Below, piece by piece: positions 41,330-53,845 of a stretch of 64,000 bases of DNA (position 1 is its first letter; each line of letters opens with the position of its first letter). The DNA is from Phoronis australis (taxonomy: Eukaryota > Animalia > Phoronida). The translations under genes were made by a program, and so were the position numbers. The stretch covers positions 62,001-126,000 of the forward strand of contig NMRA01000518.1 in the NCBI GenBank assembly GCA_002633005.1, in the 5' to 3' direction. The notes under the pieces were generated by a model, which made no database searches, was not told the origin of the DNA, and was given only the letters and a program-made list of their open reading frames with translations.

Positions 41330-41430
41330 GTATGTAACTATAGTGTTGCTTTCCATTTTTGTTGTCAGTAGCACTTTGGCTTTATTCCTTTTCACTTGTT
41401 TGCTTAATGCTTATCAACTACATGAGTCCT

Positions 41431-41490
41431 GCATTTTGAGAACCAGTTTGGTGCTTGTTATACAGAGGAGAAAGCTGGTTCTCAAAATGC
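41431..41490. repeat. Intronic hairpin with a perfect 16-bp stem
   Basis: gcattttgagaaccag pairs with ctggttctcaaaatgc. Confidence 0.85.
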
Positions 41491-41620
41491 CAGACCCCTG
41501 TTAGTGACTATTGCGGATATCTATACTAACAAGTTATCACTACTGAAAACTTTCCTATTCACTGTGACTGTGGTGTATTTAAAATTACCATGTAAGTTTA
41601 TTTAATCTGTTGTTTTTCAG

Positions 41621-41644
41621 ATTCCACCAAAGTCAGCGGCCTAG
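41621..41644 (+). CDS. Micro-exon E, 24 nt (DSTKVSGL)
   Basis: tttttcag acceptor and TAG|GTATTT donor. Confidence 0.72.
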   Translation: MPPKSAA

Positions 41645-41955
41645 GTATTTACTTTTCTTCATTGTGACAGTTCCTACAATGCTTTTCAACATTTTGTGTT
41701 TTTGTTTTTTTCTTTCTATTTTTGAAGGTTTTTAATTAAGCCTCTTTGTTTGACATGGGGTTTTTCATCTTCTGACTTTTGATACTCGATAAAAATAGTG
41801 AATTTCTCTTTATTTTAGCTTTCACGTCATTGTAGACATCATTACCTTTCATTTTATAGTTTCTTTTCTATTTCAAGTTATGGACATGTCCAATAAGTTG
41901 AAAAGTCCGTGTTCTCTATTTCATTATTGATTCTTTCCCATTCCTTGTACTCTAG

Positions 41956-42123
41956 GAATCTGTGCTCTACCCAAGATGACTGGGCCATGCAAGGCTAACT
42001 TGAGAAAGTGGTACTTTGACCAGGAGAAGGGTACATGTCTAGAGTTCACCTATGGAGGCTGTCGTGGTAACGACAACCGGTTTGATACATTTGAGCAGTG
42101 CCAGGCTGCTTGCCCGATAACAG
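41956..42123 (+). CDS. Kunitz exon K15 (P1 Lys)
   Basis: ICALPKMTGPCKANLRKWYFD..FTYGGCRGNDNRF; tctag|GA and ACAG|GTAAGT. Confidence 0.93.
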
Positions 42124-42623
42124 GTAAGTATACCTGGGTCATAACTTCCCTTGCCAATATGATGGTAATAGCCATAAGTCACGCCACAACCCGACTGATT
42201 TTCCTGAAAAATTTCCCTGAAAAATTTCCCACAGTGCTGAGCATCAGTAGGGCACTTGTCTCATTAGTGTTTATGGACTTCACGGTTAGAAAATTGTGGT
42301 ATATACATTTTTTCACGGTTTGTTGGCTGCAAATGTAGGTTATGCTCTGTAATATCTTTGGTTGTTTTATTTGTGATAAAAAAATGATGTCCCACAATTC
42401 ATTGCAGATATCCCACATATCTCGAACTGTAAAAAGGTCGTGCTTATCATTGTTTTACCTCAAAATTGCTTTGTCCTTAGTCATTGATTCCAATTGAGAT
42501 TATAGGCAACATTATCTCTGGTGTGTTGTTATCTCGCAAGGAGTCAGTGTGTTGCAGTAAACACACAAAGGCATCAGTTACTGAAGGGAATAACTTAAGA
42601 TGTATAAACATTGTTTTTTTCAG

Positions 42624-42650
42624 GTTCAAAGCCAAAGCCACTGAATCTGA
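42624..42650 (+). CDS. Micro-exon F, 27 nt (GSKPKPLNL)
   Basis: tttttttcag acceptor and TGA|GTAAGT donor, phase 1-1. Confidence 0.68.
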
Positions 42651-43621
42651 GTAAGTATTTTTCATTTGTTTGAAGTACAGTCATCCAGTCTTTAAAAAAG
42701 AACATTGCAGTCATTGTTTGTTTGACTTGCAGATGTTCGTAGGCATTTATTATTGGAAATTTCTAAAAGAAGTTATGTATGGAGGACCTAGATTGTCAAG
42801 TGTGGTCACATATCTCTGATGAGTTGCGATAGAATTGGACGTTGAGAATCAGTTTTACTGTGTTGCTGTTGCTACTCAGTACCAGCTCCCAAATGCCGCA
42901 TCGGCTTGTACCATTTTCTTGATTCTTCTGTTGAATTTTTTATGTGAAAATAATTGCCAAAATTGCCATTTCTGTTTTTCAATTAACCTACTTTTGTTCC
43001 AAATGATATTGTTTGCTATCACTGTACAAACTTCTAGTACCATTCTCCTCTGGGTTAATGCCCGCAATCCATTTGACGCCACCCTCTATTTTTTAATTTT
43101 CATTTTGCACGTCATGTTTGGTCATGCGCCTACCCCTAGTGTATACATTCATGACTTAGCCCATATCCTTACAGTGAACGCACACCTTTGGAGAATTCCG
43201 GCTACCAAAACCTGCACATTTGGCTTACCTGTGTATAGCCAGATGATGTTTTGTTAGGCTGTTGCATACGTATGTTGGAGCTGACATCAATGAAGTAGTC
43301 TGGGTGGTTAACTAAAATTTGTCCTCCGAGTAAACTGTTCTCGACTTCTCAAAAATTTCTTTTTATTAATCCATGCTTGCTCTATCACTTACTCTCAGAT
43401 TTTTTAATTCCTCAGTTTAAAGGCCCTTAGAGGTAAGGTAGACATGTAAGGTCATGTTGAGAAATTTACACTGTTCGTAAATTTGCATTGTTTGTTGCAT
43501 TGTGTTCCATCCAAGTGAAGATTACCGTACCACGTGCTCATGAATTACCAGCAGCCAACTTGTCTCTTATTTCTTGAAGGCCATTGAAAGCAACTCTTTA
43601 ATTCCTTGTGCATTCTTTCAG

Positions 43622-43789
43622 CTATTTGCACCTTGCCAAAAGTTGTGGGTCCATGCGAAGCGTCCATTTCCTCTTGGCACTATGACCAAACATCTGGTTC
43701 CTGTAAATCGTTTTCATATGGTGGTTGTGAAGGCAATGAGAATAGATTCTCTACACTTGAGGACTGCCAGTCAGCATGCCCTGCTACTC
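43622..43789 (+). CDS. Kunitz exon K16 (P1 Glu)
   Basis: ICTLPKVVGPCEASISSWHYD..FSYGGCEGNENRF; tttcag|CT and ACTC|GTAAGC. Confidence 0.92.
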
Positions 43790-45001
43790 GTAAGCCCATT
43801 TTGTATTTAATTCAAGACTTATTGTATTTTATTCTACTGTATGGTATAGCATTGATCCATATTGTATTATTGCACACTATCGATATACCTCTTCTATACT
43901 AATAACAAAAAAGTAGTCTAATAACACTGAAATCTGAGCACGTTGCACTTTACATGAATGCTGCTACTTGTTTTGAATGTTACTTCACCAGTTGCACATG
44001 CAGAGTTTGATAATCAAGCACTGTTATTCTTCCTGTCAAGCCTGTCATTGTAGTTTGGGTTTTGCCACAAGTTATTCTATCTTTGTTGTGATTAAAATTT
44101 TCAACGTGGCATTCATGGCACTCGTACTAAAGCAAAACTGAATTAGATTGACCTTCCCGCAACATTCCTGATGACTTAACTAATTAGTGTACAGTTCAGT
44201 GTCAGAGTAATTTTGCGTACCTTTAGTAGTATTGAAAGTCTTACCTTAACTAGTCTTCCCCTCACTTGAAGCAGGATTCTTATGAATGTGTTTACACTTC
44301 AACTGGCCTAGTGCATGGGGTATTTCTATCACATAACTTTTTTGCTTCAAGAACTGATTATCACTCGTATAAATCTAAACGCTTAGTTTTGAATTTGCTG
44401 TCTTTTTGAAGAAAACATTCCTGTACATCGGTAGATATATTTGGTTTAACGACCTTTTATGAGTAATGCAGGATAATACAGAACTTCTCCCAGTTTTGTT
44501 TATTCTGGTAGTAGGTCAGTTCACTTTCTCCAAATCATTTGTTGTGTGATAGAAAATTTCCATGTTGCTGTGGCTGTACTTGATTCACTCTGCTGGTTCA
44601 GGCGGGTCAACCTTCTAATAATTTTGATTGGTTCTTGATGACAACTTCCAGTTTACAAATCAATCATACGACTTAAGCTTGTTGAATCAGGGGTGTGAAT
44701 CAACTGTAGCGAGTTTGTTTTCCAATGCTTCTGTTTGGCTTCTCAAGTCTTCCCCTTGTTGCACTTCTTGCCTTGTGCGCACACATTTCAAGCCAAGCTT
44801 CCAGTCAACACTTGCTGGTATTCAGATTAAACAAAATGAGTTTTCCTACAGTAAATCTGAATGTTAGTTTCATGGACTTGTCAAGTTCCCCTTTTGCTGA
44901 TATGGAAATATTGCTACATCCATTCATAAATTAATTCTGATTTCTGTAAGCTTGGCTGGTCTGTAGAGTGTTCTTTTACTTAACACGTCTCTACACCACA
45001 G

Positions 45002-45274
45002 AGATTTGTCAACTTCGCTATTCGAGAGGCACGTGTCGGGGGTCACAGATCCTCTGGTACTACGAGACGCGTGTCCAGGAGTGCCGTAGGTTTGTCTACA
45101 CTGGATGCGGCGGCAACGCCAATCGCTTTTCCTCAAGGGCTCAGTGTACCCAAGCTTGTATCACGGGCATCATCCCTGATTCACGCAGCACTGCCCCCAC
45201 AGCACGCTCCGTACGTGTTACGCAGCCACCCACAACCACTGTGGCACCATCGTTGTCCCCAGGGGGTGATGCAG
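45002..45274 (+). CDS. Basic atypical Kunitz exon K17 plus stalk
   Basis: CQLRYSRGTCRGSQILWYYETRVQECRRFVYTGCGGN; cacag|AG and GCAG|GTTAGT. Confidence 0.9.
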
Positions 45275-46254
45275 GTTAGTACACCAGCAGCCAATGGCAT
45301 GTTACAATGCTGGATTCTGATGCACAAGTGGGCCAATTTGGTTTTACGTTTTAGCGATTTCTTTGTTCTCACTATATTAACCAGCAACACAATCTTGTGT
45401 TGTTCAAATATTTTCACTCTGCACATATTTCACTCCTATGCTTTCATAACATTAACAACACTTAACCTATCACAATATTATAACTTGAGCTCTAAATGTT
45501 TACATTCCCAGCCACTGTTTACAGCTACTTTGTTAACTCAGTATCGTGGCTCAAACAGGTATGTATGTATTTCGTGTGCTGGTCTGATGCTTTTTACGGT
45601 GCGCTTTGCTGGTAGATTTTTTTGGCTTTCGGAATTTCCATTCTGTACACTGTACTTTGCTTTGTTGGAGCCCAGTCTATGAAAGTATCATATCACCACC
45701 ACGCCAATACTATTTTTATTTTGCAAAAGGTTTTTTTTTTGCTTGGAATGGTTAACTTTTATTTTGTCATAATGCTTACAAGAAATCTCATGTTTTGGTT
45801 ATTTGATCACACTGTGCATTTAATTTTGAATTGTTTTCAAATAACAAAAATGTTAAGTTATTTAACAATTTGTTGTTAGTACAGCATGAAAGAGGTAATT
45901 CATGCAGTTGGTAAGTGTCAGTTATTTTACTGTGAACCTTGATACAATGGAGTTGCTACCTATCTGTCAATTACAAGTGTAAGCTCATCCTATTTCAGTG
46001 CCGACTATGGTTTTGTGTTGATGAAGTTAACTGGAAGACTGGCCATCCAGCGACCAACCACGTTCTTACAAGGCTATTACATTTCAGTGCTTAACTTTTG
46101 CTGTATTGATTAATTTAAATGAACACCAACCAACTGCCAGTCTCGTGAATAGAAAATTGTTACATTTCTGTTGTAACCCGACCTCTTTGATGATAAGTTG
46201 AACTGAATACTGACCATACGTCAATTGTGTTAATTCATAGCGGTGTCATTTCAG

Positions 46255-46533
46255 TGCTGACTCCGCCAAGTCGGCTGGTCTCGGTTGCTGTCCGTGCCTC
46301 ATCCAGCACTGTCGTGCTCACTTGGGTGCGCAGTAAGGTTGCAAGGGGGTACTACCTAAACTATGGCATTAGGTCGACAGACGAGAACTTCCGTCGCCTG
46401 GACAGCACAAGAAGTGTGTATACCATCAGGAACCTCCGACCGTCGACTCGTTATCTCATCTCACTCTCGGCATTTAATGATGGTGGCACTGGGGAACCTG
46501 TGTTCAAAGTGGCATATACAACGGCAGAAAGAG
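46255..46533 (+). CDS. Fibronectin type III exon 1 (DCC/neogenin FN4-like)
   Basis: FN3 core W..Y..IRNLRPSTRYLISLSAFN; tttcag|TG and AGAG|GTTAGG, phase 1-1. Confidence 0.88.
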
Positions 46534-46539
46534 GTTAGG

Positions 46540-47830
46540 ATGTCTGTTCCTGTGGGTATGCCTGTGTTGAAAGGGTACATAATTATAAGGGTGCATATTG
46601 TCGTTATCTCTGTCCGACATCCAGGGATCTGGCATTCACCTAACATCCGCAACTGTATCTCCTAAATCCCTTAAAGGATCTTTGTAAAATTTAGCAGGTG
46701 TGTTCTTGTGAACATGATGTCCAATAAGAATGACTTTCAGACAAGTGCGGCTACTACTGTGCCATCTTGTGGCAATTTTGTTTATTGTATTTGTTTTAAC
46801 TGACAATTTTGTGTGTCACCAGTGGTAATTTAAGTATTTTGGTTCTTATTTGGCATCCACCTTTTCGTCTGCCAAACTGTTTGAAGGATATGTTGACGAG
46901 AGTATGACTGATGCTGATTTCCAAGTGGATCCAAATACTCCTATAACCCTGATGACCATTTATTTTTGCACCTGCTTCAATATCTATCAAGTTTTGGTGA
47001 AGGATTGTCTACAAATTCATCAGATACGTATCTTGTGTGGAAAGAATATGGCTAAAGTTATTTTTGGACAAATCTGACTGCTACTCTGTCACCTACTGGC
47101 ACTTTTATTTTTTTGAACCTGCATAGTTATCCATTTAGTTCTTAAAATATTGTCATGGAATTTTGATGCTAAGTGTTTCCGTTAAATAAATGAAAAATTG
47201 AGACTACAGCTTTCATTGACTCGTGTATGGATCCGACTGCTATTGTGCTCCCTTTTCTCAATTTGATCTTTTTGTATCAGCTTCCGTTCCTGAAACTTCC
47301 AAATCCCTTGGAGGAACTTGGTCGATGTGTTTATATAAAGAAGAAGGGAGCATATGATTGCAGCATGTTCTGGGCTCCCCTAGCGACAATTCTGGTGTTA
47401 TGGTTCTGTTAATGCATCCGTCTTTCTATTTGCCTAATGGTTTGAAGAAGCATTGCAAAATTTGACATGTGTGTTTCTACTGACCTAAACCTGACTGATG
47501 TTGTTTTTTTCCATAATTTGGCCAACTATGACACACCCTAACGGGAGTTTCATTTGTTTGAGTTTGCCCCAATATCTAGTTAGTGTTATGAAGCATCTTC
47601 ATGGGAGGGAGGTTGCAAGCAAGGTTTTATGTGGGAGAGGACAACACTAGCCCATTTTTATACAGTTTTGGCTTAAACTGTGCCCCCTTGTGGCAATTTT
47701 TAGTACAGTATTCACTTCTGACATACACAACCCTACCTGTCGATTCCTTTGGTTAAGGAGTTTCTATTAAGGTGAGGTGGCTGGTGGGGTCATTGGATGT
47801 ATTTGACAGCTGCAATGCCACCTAGTGATT
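46540..47830. repeat. Degenerate interspersed repeat region related to 62850-64000
   Basis: Shared motifs gcc...gtggcaatttt, ggcaggtgtgtt/agcaggtgtgtt and gtttctattaaggt. Confidence 0.5.
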
Positions 47831-48139
47831 ATTGACTAGGATTGCATTTGCCAGTAAGTACTGCACCTCTTTCACCAGTTTTGCTCACTCTTGTTCGTTG
47901 AAATGTTTGAGAATGAGCACACATGGGGGTGTATTAACGCCGTGTGTTGCTCTTGCTTAATTACGAAACTAATGAATGTAAGTTAGTTGAATATTCGTTA
48001 TCTAGTATTAATGTTTTCAAGAAGTTATCTGTGAAATATATTGGCCACAACTGAGGTATTTTTGCAAGATTGTTTGGTTTTAACTTGACGGCTTTTCAGG
48101 TTGGCTGTAATTTTTATTCCTGTGTTATTACGGTTTCAG

Positions 48140-48460
48140 TTGTCCTTACCAAACCCCTGGACCCCCCTGTGTCCGTTCAAGTGACCGACATCACTGACAC
48201 ATCAGTTGTGGTCTCATGGGTAGATATCAGTCTTGGTTCACGCCAGCAACTGTTGCCGGGCAGAACCTACGATGTACGCTACATAAAGAGCCGTGAACTA
48301 GGAAGAAACATCAATTATGTTTCTGTCAACTCAGATCAGCTTAGTGCAAAGATCGAAAACCTGGAGCCAGGAACTAGCTATGACTTCTCTGCGAGAGTTA
48401 TTGAGGCTGGAAGAAAGAGCATATGGAGTCTGTCGACCTCAGTGAAGACAACGGAGTCAG
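48140..48460 (+). CDS. Fibronectin type III exon 2 (DCC/neogenin FN5-like)
   Basis: PPVSVQV..VVVSW..YDVRY..IENLEPGTSYDFS..WSL; tttcag|TT and TCAG|GTTTGT. Confidence 0.9.
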
Positions 48461-48947
48461 GTTTGTAAATACGCTTTTGGTGTGATGTAAACGTATTTTA
48501 GACATGGGGTTTGTCATTTGTCGATGGTGTATTTGGTTGGTGTATAGTGGCACCTATTATAAACATCTTTAGAGTTGGTGTGTGAGGTGTGATGAATGTT
48601 TTTTAGTAAAAATAATATTTATTTTTTGCCTAAGTTAATTCTTGTGCTCTTCATTAAAGTCACTAAGCCCCAACTGGTGCTGCCATTTAGTGTTACGAAG
48701 TTTATTCTGCTACAACAAAATTTTGCCAGCTGTTGCCAAGCCCTGATACCACTTCTTCTCTGAATAAGTTACAAGCTGAGACCATGTTTACAGCCACGAT
48801 TGCTCTAATTCAGGTTTCAGGTGACTACATCCACCAAAAATAAAATTATTCAAATCAAGTGGATTATGGCTTCTTTACAAACAGCTGTGATTAAAAGGCA
48901 TTTAATGGTGTTGAAATGTTTAACCTTTTGTTCTTTTTTCTTTACAG

Positions 48948-48968
48948 AGTCCATTTCTAAAGGAGTTG
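48948..48968 (+). CDS. Micro-exon G, 21 nt (ESISKGV)
   Basis: Long pyrimidine tract ending tttacag and TTG|GTAAGC donor. Confidence 0.7.
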
Positions 48969-49460
48969 GTAAGCTTTTTGTTTTGGATTGAATCAATGAA
49001 TGCTCTTGTTAATAGTTAGGAAAGTGTTGTATTTTCCAGACCTTTTGTGAACACAATTAAAATATACAATTAGAACGGTTACAATGGTGTTAAGGATAAC
49101 GTTACAATATGTACAGCTTTGTAGACTTAGGACCATTGCAGGCATTGCCTACTATGGGCCTGTAGGACATGCTGTAGAATTTTGACACAAAGCAAGTAGG
49201 TGTTGTATTTCCTAGTTCATTTGACATTTTGCGTATCAAGAAACTTAAGCCACATCAAGGTCTATAATAAATTGTGCAGATTTTCATCCTGTCAATTTAA
49301 ACTGGTGAGAGATTGGACTCTTATTGTTCATTCACCTATCATCTACTAGAATCATTTAATTATTTTATGCAAATGTTCTAAATGAGAATCAGATAAAAAG
49401 TACAAAAAACTACGTTTTGTTGTAGAATTAAGATATTAAGTATTAGATATTTATCCGTAG

Positions 49461-49628
49461 ACATTTGTGCTCTTCCAAAGAAGGTGGGCCCTTGTTTTGC
49501 CAACATCCCACGATGGTACTATGACCAGAATGAAGGCCGTTGCATTCAGTTTGGTTATGGAGGCTGTGCTGGCAATAATAACCGATTTGCTACAGAGGCT
49601 GAGTGTCTGCGTTCCTGTCCAGCGAAAG
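49461..49628 (+). CDS. Kunitz exon K18 (P1 Phe)
   Basis: Hand translation DICALPKKVGPCFANIPRWYYDQNEGRCIQFGYGGCAGNNNRF; cgtag|AC and AAAG|GTAGGT. Confidence 0.93.
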
Positions 49629-50805
49629 GTAGGTGGATCTTTTAGTTGAAGACAAAATCTTTGACATTTAATCTGTATTAAATTACAGAGTTTGTTGTCA
49701 TGACCGATCCAATTTTTTGCATTGTTTAAAGTATTGACGCTTTTATTAGAAAACCCACTGTGTTCAATACAGTGGTCTCCATTCTCTTGTGCGTGATGGC
49801 TTCCCCTGCTGTTGATGCACAGTGCAAACTGATGTCATTTAAAGAATAATTCTCCACAGCAAGACATTCATTACTGAAATCTTCCGTTCAGTTTCATTTT
49901 GTACGGAGAGCGGTTTTCAAATGCAGGTATCATTGGTGTGCTGTTAAGCGTTTTTTTTTTATTGGTCTGCATAGTGCACATTGCTGGTCCAATGATCTAC
50001 CTTTCTTCAAAAGTTACTTTTAAAGTCATTGCCATTGAGAAAATTGCTTTGTTGCTCACAAGAGGAACTTAGATCAGCTTTCATGATAACGACCTGGGCT
50101 GACACTGGCAGATCTTGTACGTGTCTATTGACTAAGATCAAGATACCATGGAATTGACCATGTTTCTTGTATGGAACATGATGTAAGATAGCGATATATC
50201 ACTGTTGTTATCTAGTCTACAAATTTTGTGTAATAACTTATTTAATTGATGCCGAGTTTGTGTTGTGTTTGCTTCAAAGTTATTCCAGACATCTGCATAA
50301 TTATATGGGAATCTTTACTTCCATTACCTTATGCCTGTTGTGAGATAAGTGAATGGTACTCTGAAGGAAGACTGTTTGTTCCACATTGAAATGTCCATTG
50401 ATGTTCCTGACTTCACCCATCATTTGTGTTTAAACAATTGTGGCTATCTTACTGGTCGAATGACAAGTCACCTTCATTTGATTTACTATTCATTTATCTC
50501 TATCATGTAGCTGCAGTTGGTAACTTTTCCTACTTGATATAACTAGCACACTTTATCTTAGTTTTGATCTGCACCATTTGCGTTCGCTTGGACTCTCTGC
50601 CAAGTTTAAATTGAAGTTACTTCCCCTGGCATTTGAACTTGGCAAGGATAGCAAACCTAGTCTAGTTTCTCCATAATCTCTTGGCAGACATTCAAAATTC
50701 TGCTCACAAGTTTCAAAGCTTAACTGCCACTTTATGGGTTGCTTCCACTCACGCTTTTCGCACTTAAGTGTTTTCTCTTTGCTAACAAAGCTTTCTCTTG
50801 CACAG

Positions 50806-51558
50806 CCATTTGTAGTTTGCGGTATTCACGTGGCACATGCAGTAAACTTCAGATCATGTGGTACTACGATTTGTCCGCACGAAGCTGCCGACGGTTCGTC
50901 TACACCGGATGTGAAGGCAATGCCAACCGATTTACCTCTAGATATCACTGTGCACGCACGTGTGCTCGGTCACAAGACTCTGATGTCGGAACATCTCGAC
51001 TAGGATCACTAGTTGTCTCTCTGTCCAATACCAATCGCCGGCGTCGTTCCATTGCTGCTCTGTTCCGTGCCCTTATGAGTAGGAGGAAGTCTCTTTATGA
51101 TGACTTAAAGACTGCGTCTACTCATGAAGATAACGTCAGCAATCAGGCACCATCTACACTCGTGTCTTTGAAATCTATGGGCGATAGCTCCTCCCGATTG
51201 TTTAACGTGATGACATCAAAACAAGTCAACAGAAACAATTATGATCCTCCAGCTTACAGTGTGTCCTTGCGCCGCTTACTGTCTGTATCTGTGAATGAAA
51301 CTCAGGATGGTGATAGTATAGAAGATGAAATGACGTCAGCTAAGAATACCACCAAGTCTGCTCCTGATGGGGAAACAGTCTCATTGTTGCCTGGAAAAGA
51401 ATTGTATAACAACAACAGCAAAAGAATCGAGAACAAATCTTTGTCTATGGTCACATCGATGAATCGCTTTGGTAACCATAACAACAGCACAGTTGCACCT
51501 CCTGCACATATCCTGCTCCTTAATGGCACTAACCTAACAAGTACCACTGGTAGCAATG
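50806..51558 (+). CDS. Basic atypical Kunitz exon K19 plus long extension with RRRR site
   Basis: CSLRYSRGTCSKLQIMWYYD..CRRFVYTGCEGN; cacag|CC and AATG|GTAAGT, 753 nt in frame. Confidence 0.82.
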
Positions 51559-51841
51559 GTAAGTCAGACGTTCTTTTGTCTTCCCATTGTCACAAGGTTG
51601 CCTTCATTGTGGCTTGCTTTGCAATCATTTGCTTCATCTCTAGCTTGGCTAATGTTCATTTCGCACTGATTTCTGTTGCACACCTCACTTGCCATTCTCT
51701 GCACCTGTATCTGCTGGTGACAGAACCTGTATATCTGCACTTCACACGGTCGTCACACTTAACCAACACTGGTGAGACCTTAACTCTATCTCTCCATGTA
51801 GCTACAATGCAGCTGTTCCAATTCTTATCACTATATTACAG

Positions 51842-52012
51842 ATTCCTGTCCTGAGGTGTGCATAGCATTGTATGACCCAGTATGTGCCAGCAATGGCAGG
51901 ACGTACTCCAATGAGTGCCAAATGAAAGTAGAGGCTTGTAAGACAAAAACCAACCTGAAGGTAGTAGCCAAGGGACAGTGTCCACAGACCACCACTACCG
52001 CTGGTCCTCGAG
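51842..52012 (+). CDS. Kazal exon 1 (P1 Ala)
   Basis: CPEVCIALYDPVCASNGRTYSNECQM..AC..GQC; ttacag|AT and CGAG|GTAATT. Confidence 0.92.
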
Positions 52013-53250
52013 GTAATTTTTCAAGAGTTGTTAGAAATACTGGGTTGTATTCGCTGGGCTGTGTCTTGTGAATTAGGCAAGATCATGGAAGGTCATGCTG
52101 GTGTGACGCATCGTATTTCTATATCTTGATAAGTGAACACATGACTGCTAAAATGGCCGCCACAGATAACAATGAGAAACGGCTGTTCAGAATGTTTAGA
52201 ATTAAGGTCTTAACATGAGCAGTGCTCATTCTGCTAAAACCTCACTAATTTCTGACAATAATTATTGTCCGAATAGGAAAGCGTGTGACCTAGTTTTGTA
52301 AATCGTGTCTATCATTGATGTCAGGAAGGCAAAGAATTTCAGATCACGCATCCACGGGTATTTGTCCAGTTCATCAAACCCACAGCACAGCAGTAATATT
52401 CGTTGGTTCTGGAAGGACGAATAGAATAATGCACTTGAGAAAAACTTGTAAAGAGTTATACAACAACAAATAACTTGTGAAACTCCAGTGGCACGAAAAC
52501 AAGGCAGCAAACGTGTCTGACTGATGTTTATGGCTTTGTGGGTTGGTACTACGCTGTGTAATGCGTTAAGGCCCTATTGCCTTTTATGGTCAAAAGCTCC
52601 TGACATTGTTATGTATTTTCAAATATTGTCTAATGGCAGCTGTGGTACACAGGTTATAAATGGTAAAGTACTACTCAGGTACTGCGTGTTGTTTATGAAA
52701 AAGTGAGAAAATTAAAAATTCACTCGTCTGTCACAATGTGTCTGAAATTGATGGGATTTTCCCTTCCTCTTGCCCATGTCATCTGGCGCCTAAACCAAAC
52801 TGTGGTTGGCTTTACTATTTACAGATTTTGATGAAACAATAAATGTTGCATGAAATGGAGATGAAGTAAATTCGAAAACTGTAATTGCATTTAATATTAA
52901 TGTCAAACAAAATTTGATGTTGTTGATACCATTGTTTTACTGCGAATGTGTTATTCATTTTTTCTAAATTTCACAAAACATATATGGTCACATGACCCAG
53001 TTAATGGCAGATTGGTATCAAGTCAAAACGAAATTAAGTTCAAAAGGTTTTTTACATTCATAAAATATATACTTTTACTGTCGGGGTTAAAATCAATACT
53101 TTTGCAGATATTATGCACAGACTTGTCAATAAGGCCCTACACAACCTTAACTCGAAAAAATTCTTTTCTGATGTCATCTCTCTCAATTGATTTCAAATAG
53201 TGTTACCAACAAAACCAGCTGTAACTCGGCTCATGTTTGTTTTCTTGCAG

Positions 53251-53427
53251 ATGACTGCCCCCAGGTTTGCACCCTGATCTACGTCCCAGTTTGTGCCAGC
53301 AATGGTCAGACATATCCCAGTGAGTGTGCGATGAAGAAGGCTGCATGTGACACGAAAACTGAACTTAGCGTTGTGTCAAAGGGCATATGTCCAGGACCAG
53401 ACACCACCACTCCACAGATTCCTCAAG
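53251..53427 (+). CDS. Kazal exon 2 (P1 Leu)
   Basis: CPQVCTLIYVPVCASNGQTYPSECAM; tgcag|AT and CAAG|GTAACT. Confidence 0.92.
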
Positions 53428-53508
53428 GTAACTTTTGATTTTCGCATCCCATTGAACTTTCATAATCGAGAATTGTCCTGAGTGATATTTGGCTGAAGAA
53501 CTTTTTAT

Positions 53509-53648
53509 ATCCTGGTTTGCACCCCAATGTGTGCCAACAATGAACAGACATACCCCAGCGAATGTGCCATGAAGGTTGCTGGCTGAAAGATCCACTGAAC
53601 TGAAGGTTATGTCCAAAGGCAAATGTCCAGAAACTACCACTCCCCAAG
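53509..53648 (+). pseudogene. Dead Kazal pseudo-exon (copy of the 61224 exon type)
   Basis: TGT changed to TGA, a frameshifting deletion, lost 5' end, and the donor gtaggggtttg deleted. Confidence 0.85.
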
Positions 53649-53803
53649 GCATAATCTAACCTAAAATGGCCAGCTTGTTTTTGAAACCTGATTATTACAA
53701 CTGACCCTGTCTTGTCTTATTTGTTTCTTCGATTTCCCATAATGCACTGTAAATTTCTGTTGTTGTTTTAATATGTTTAACCACTAGCCTTCATTACTTG
53801 CAG

Positions 53804-53845
53804 TTACAACAATAGTGCCAACTAAACCTGGTGTCACGGGACTAG
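53804..53845 (+). CDS. Micro-exon H, 42 nt (VTTIVPTKPGVTGL)
   Basis: ttgcag acceptor and TAG|GTAAGT donor. Confidence 0.8.

Noticed and set aside
45525-45558. Candidate micro-exon with good AG and GTATGT sites
   Set aside because: 34 nt ending in phase 2 would break the frame; nearby acceptors do not fix it.
51559-51841. Hydrophobic tail of ORF 50739-51854 as a transmembrane anchor
   Set aside because: It lies past a consensus GTAAGT donor in T-rich intron. Retention is not excluded but is unsupported.
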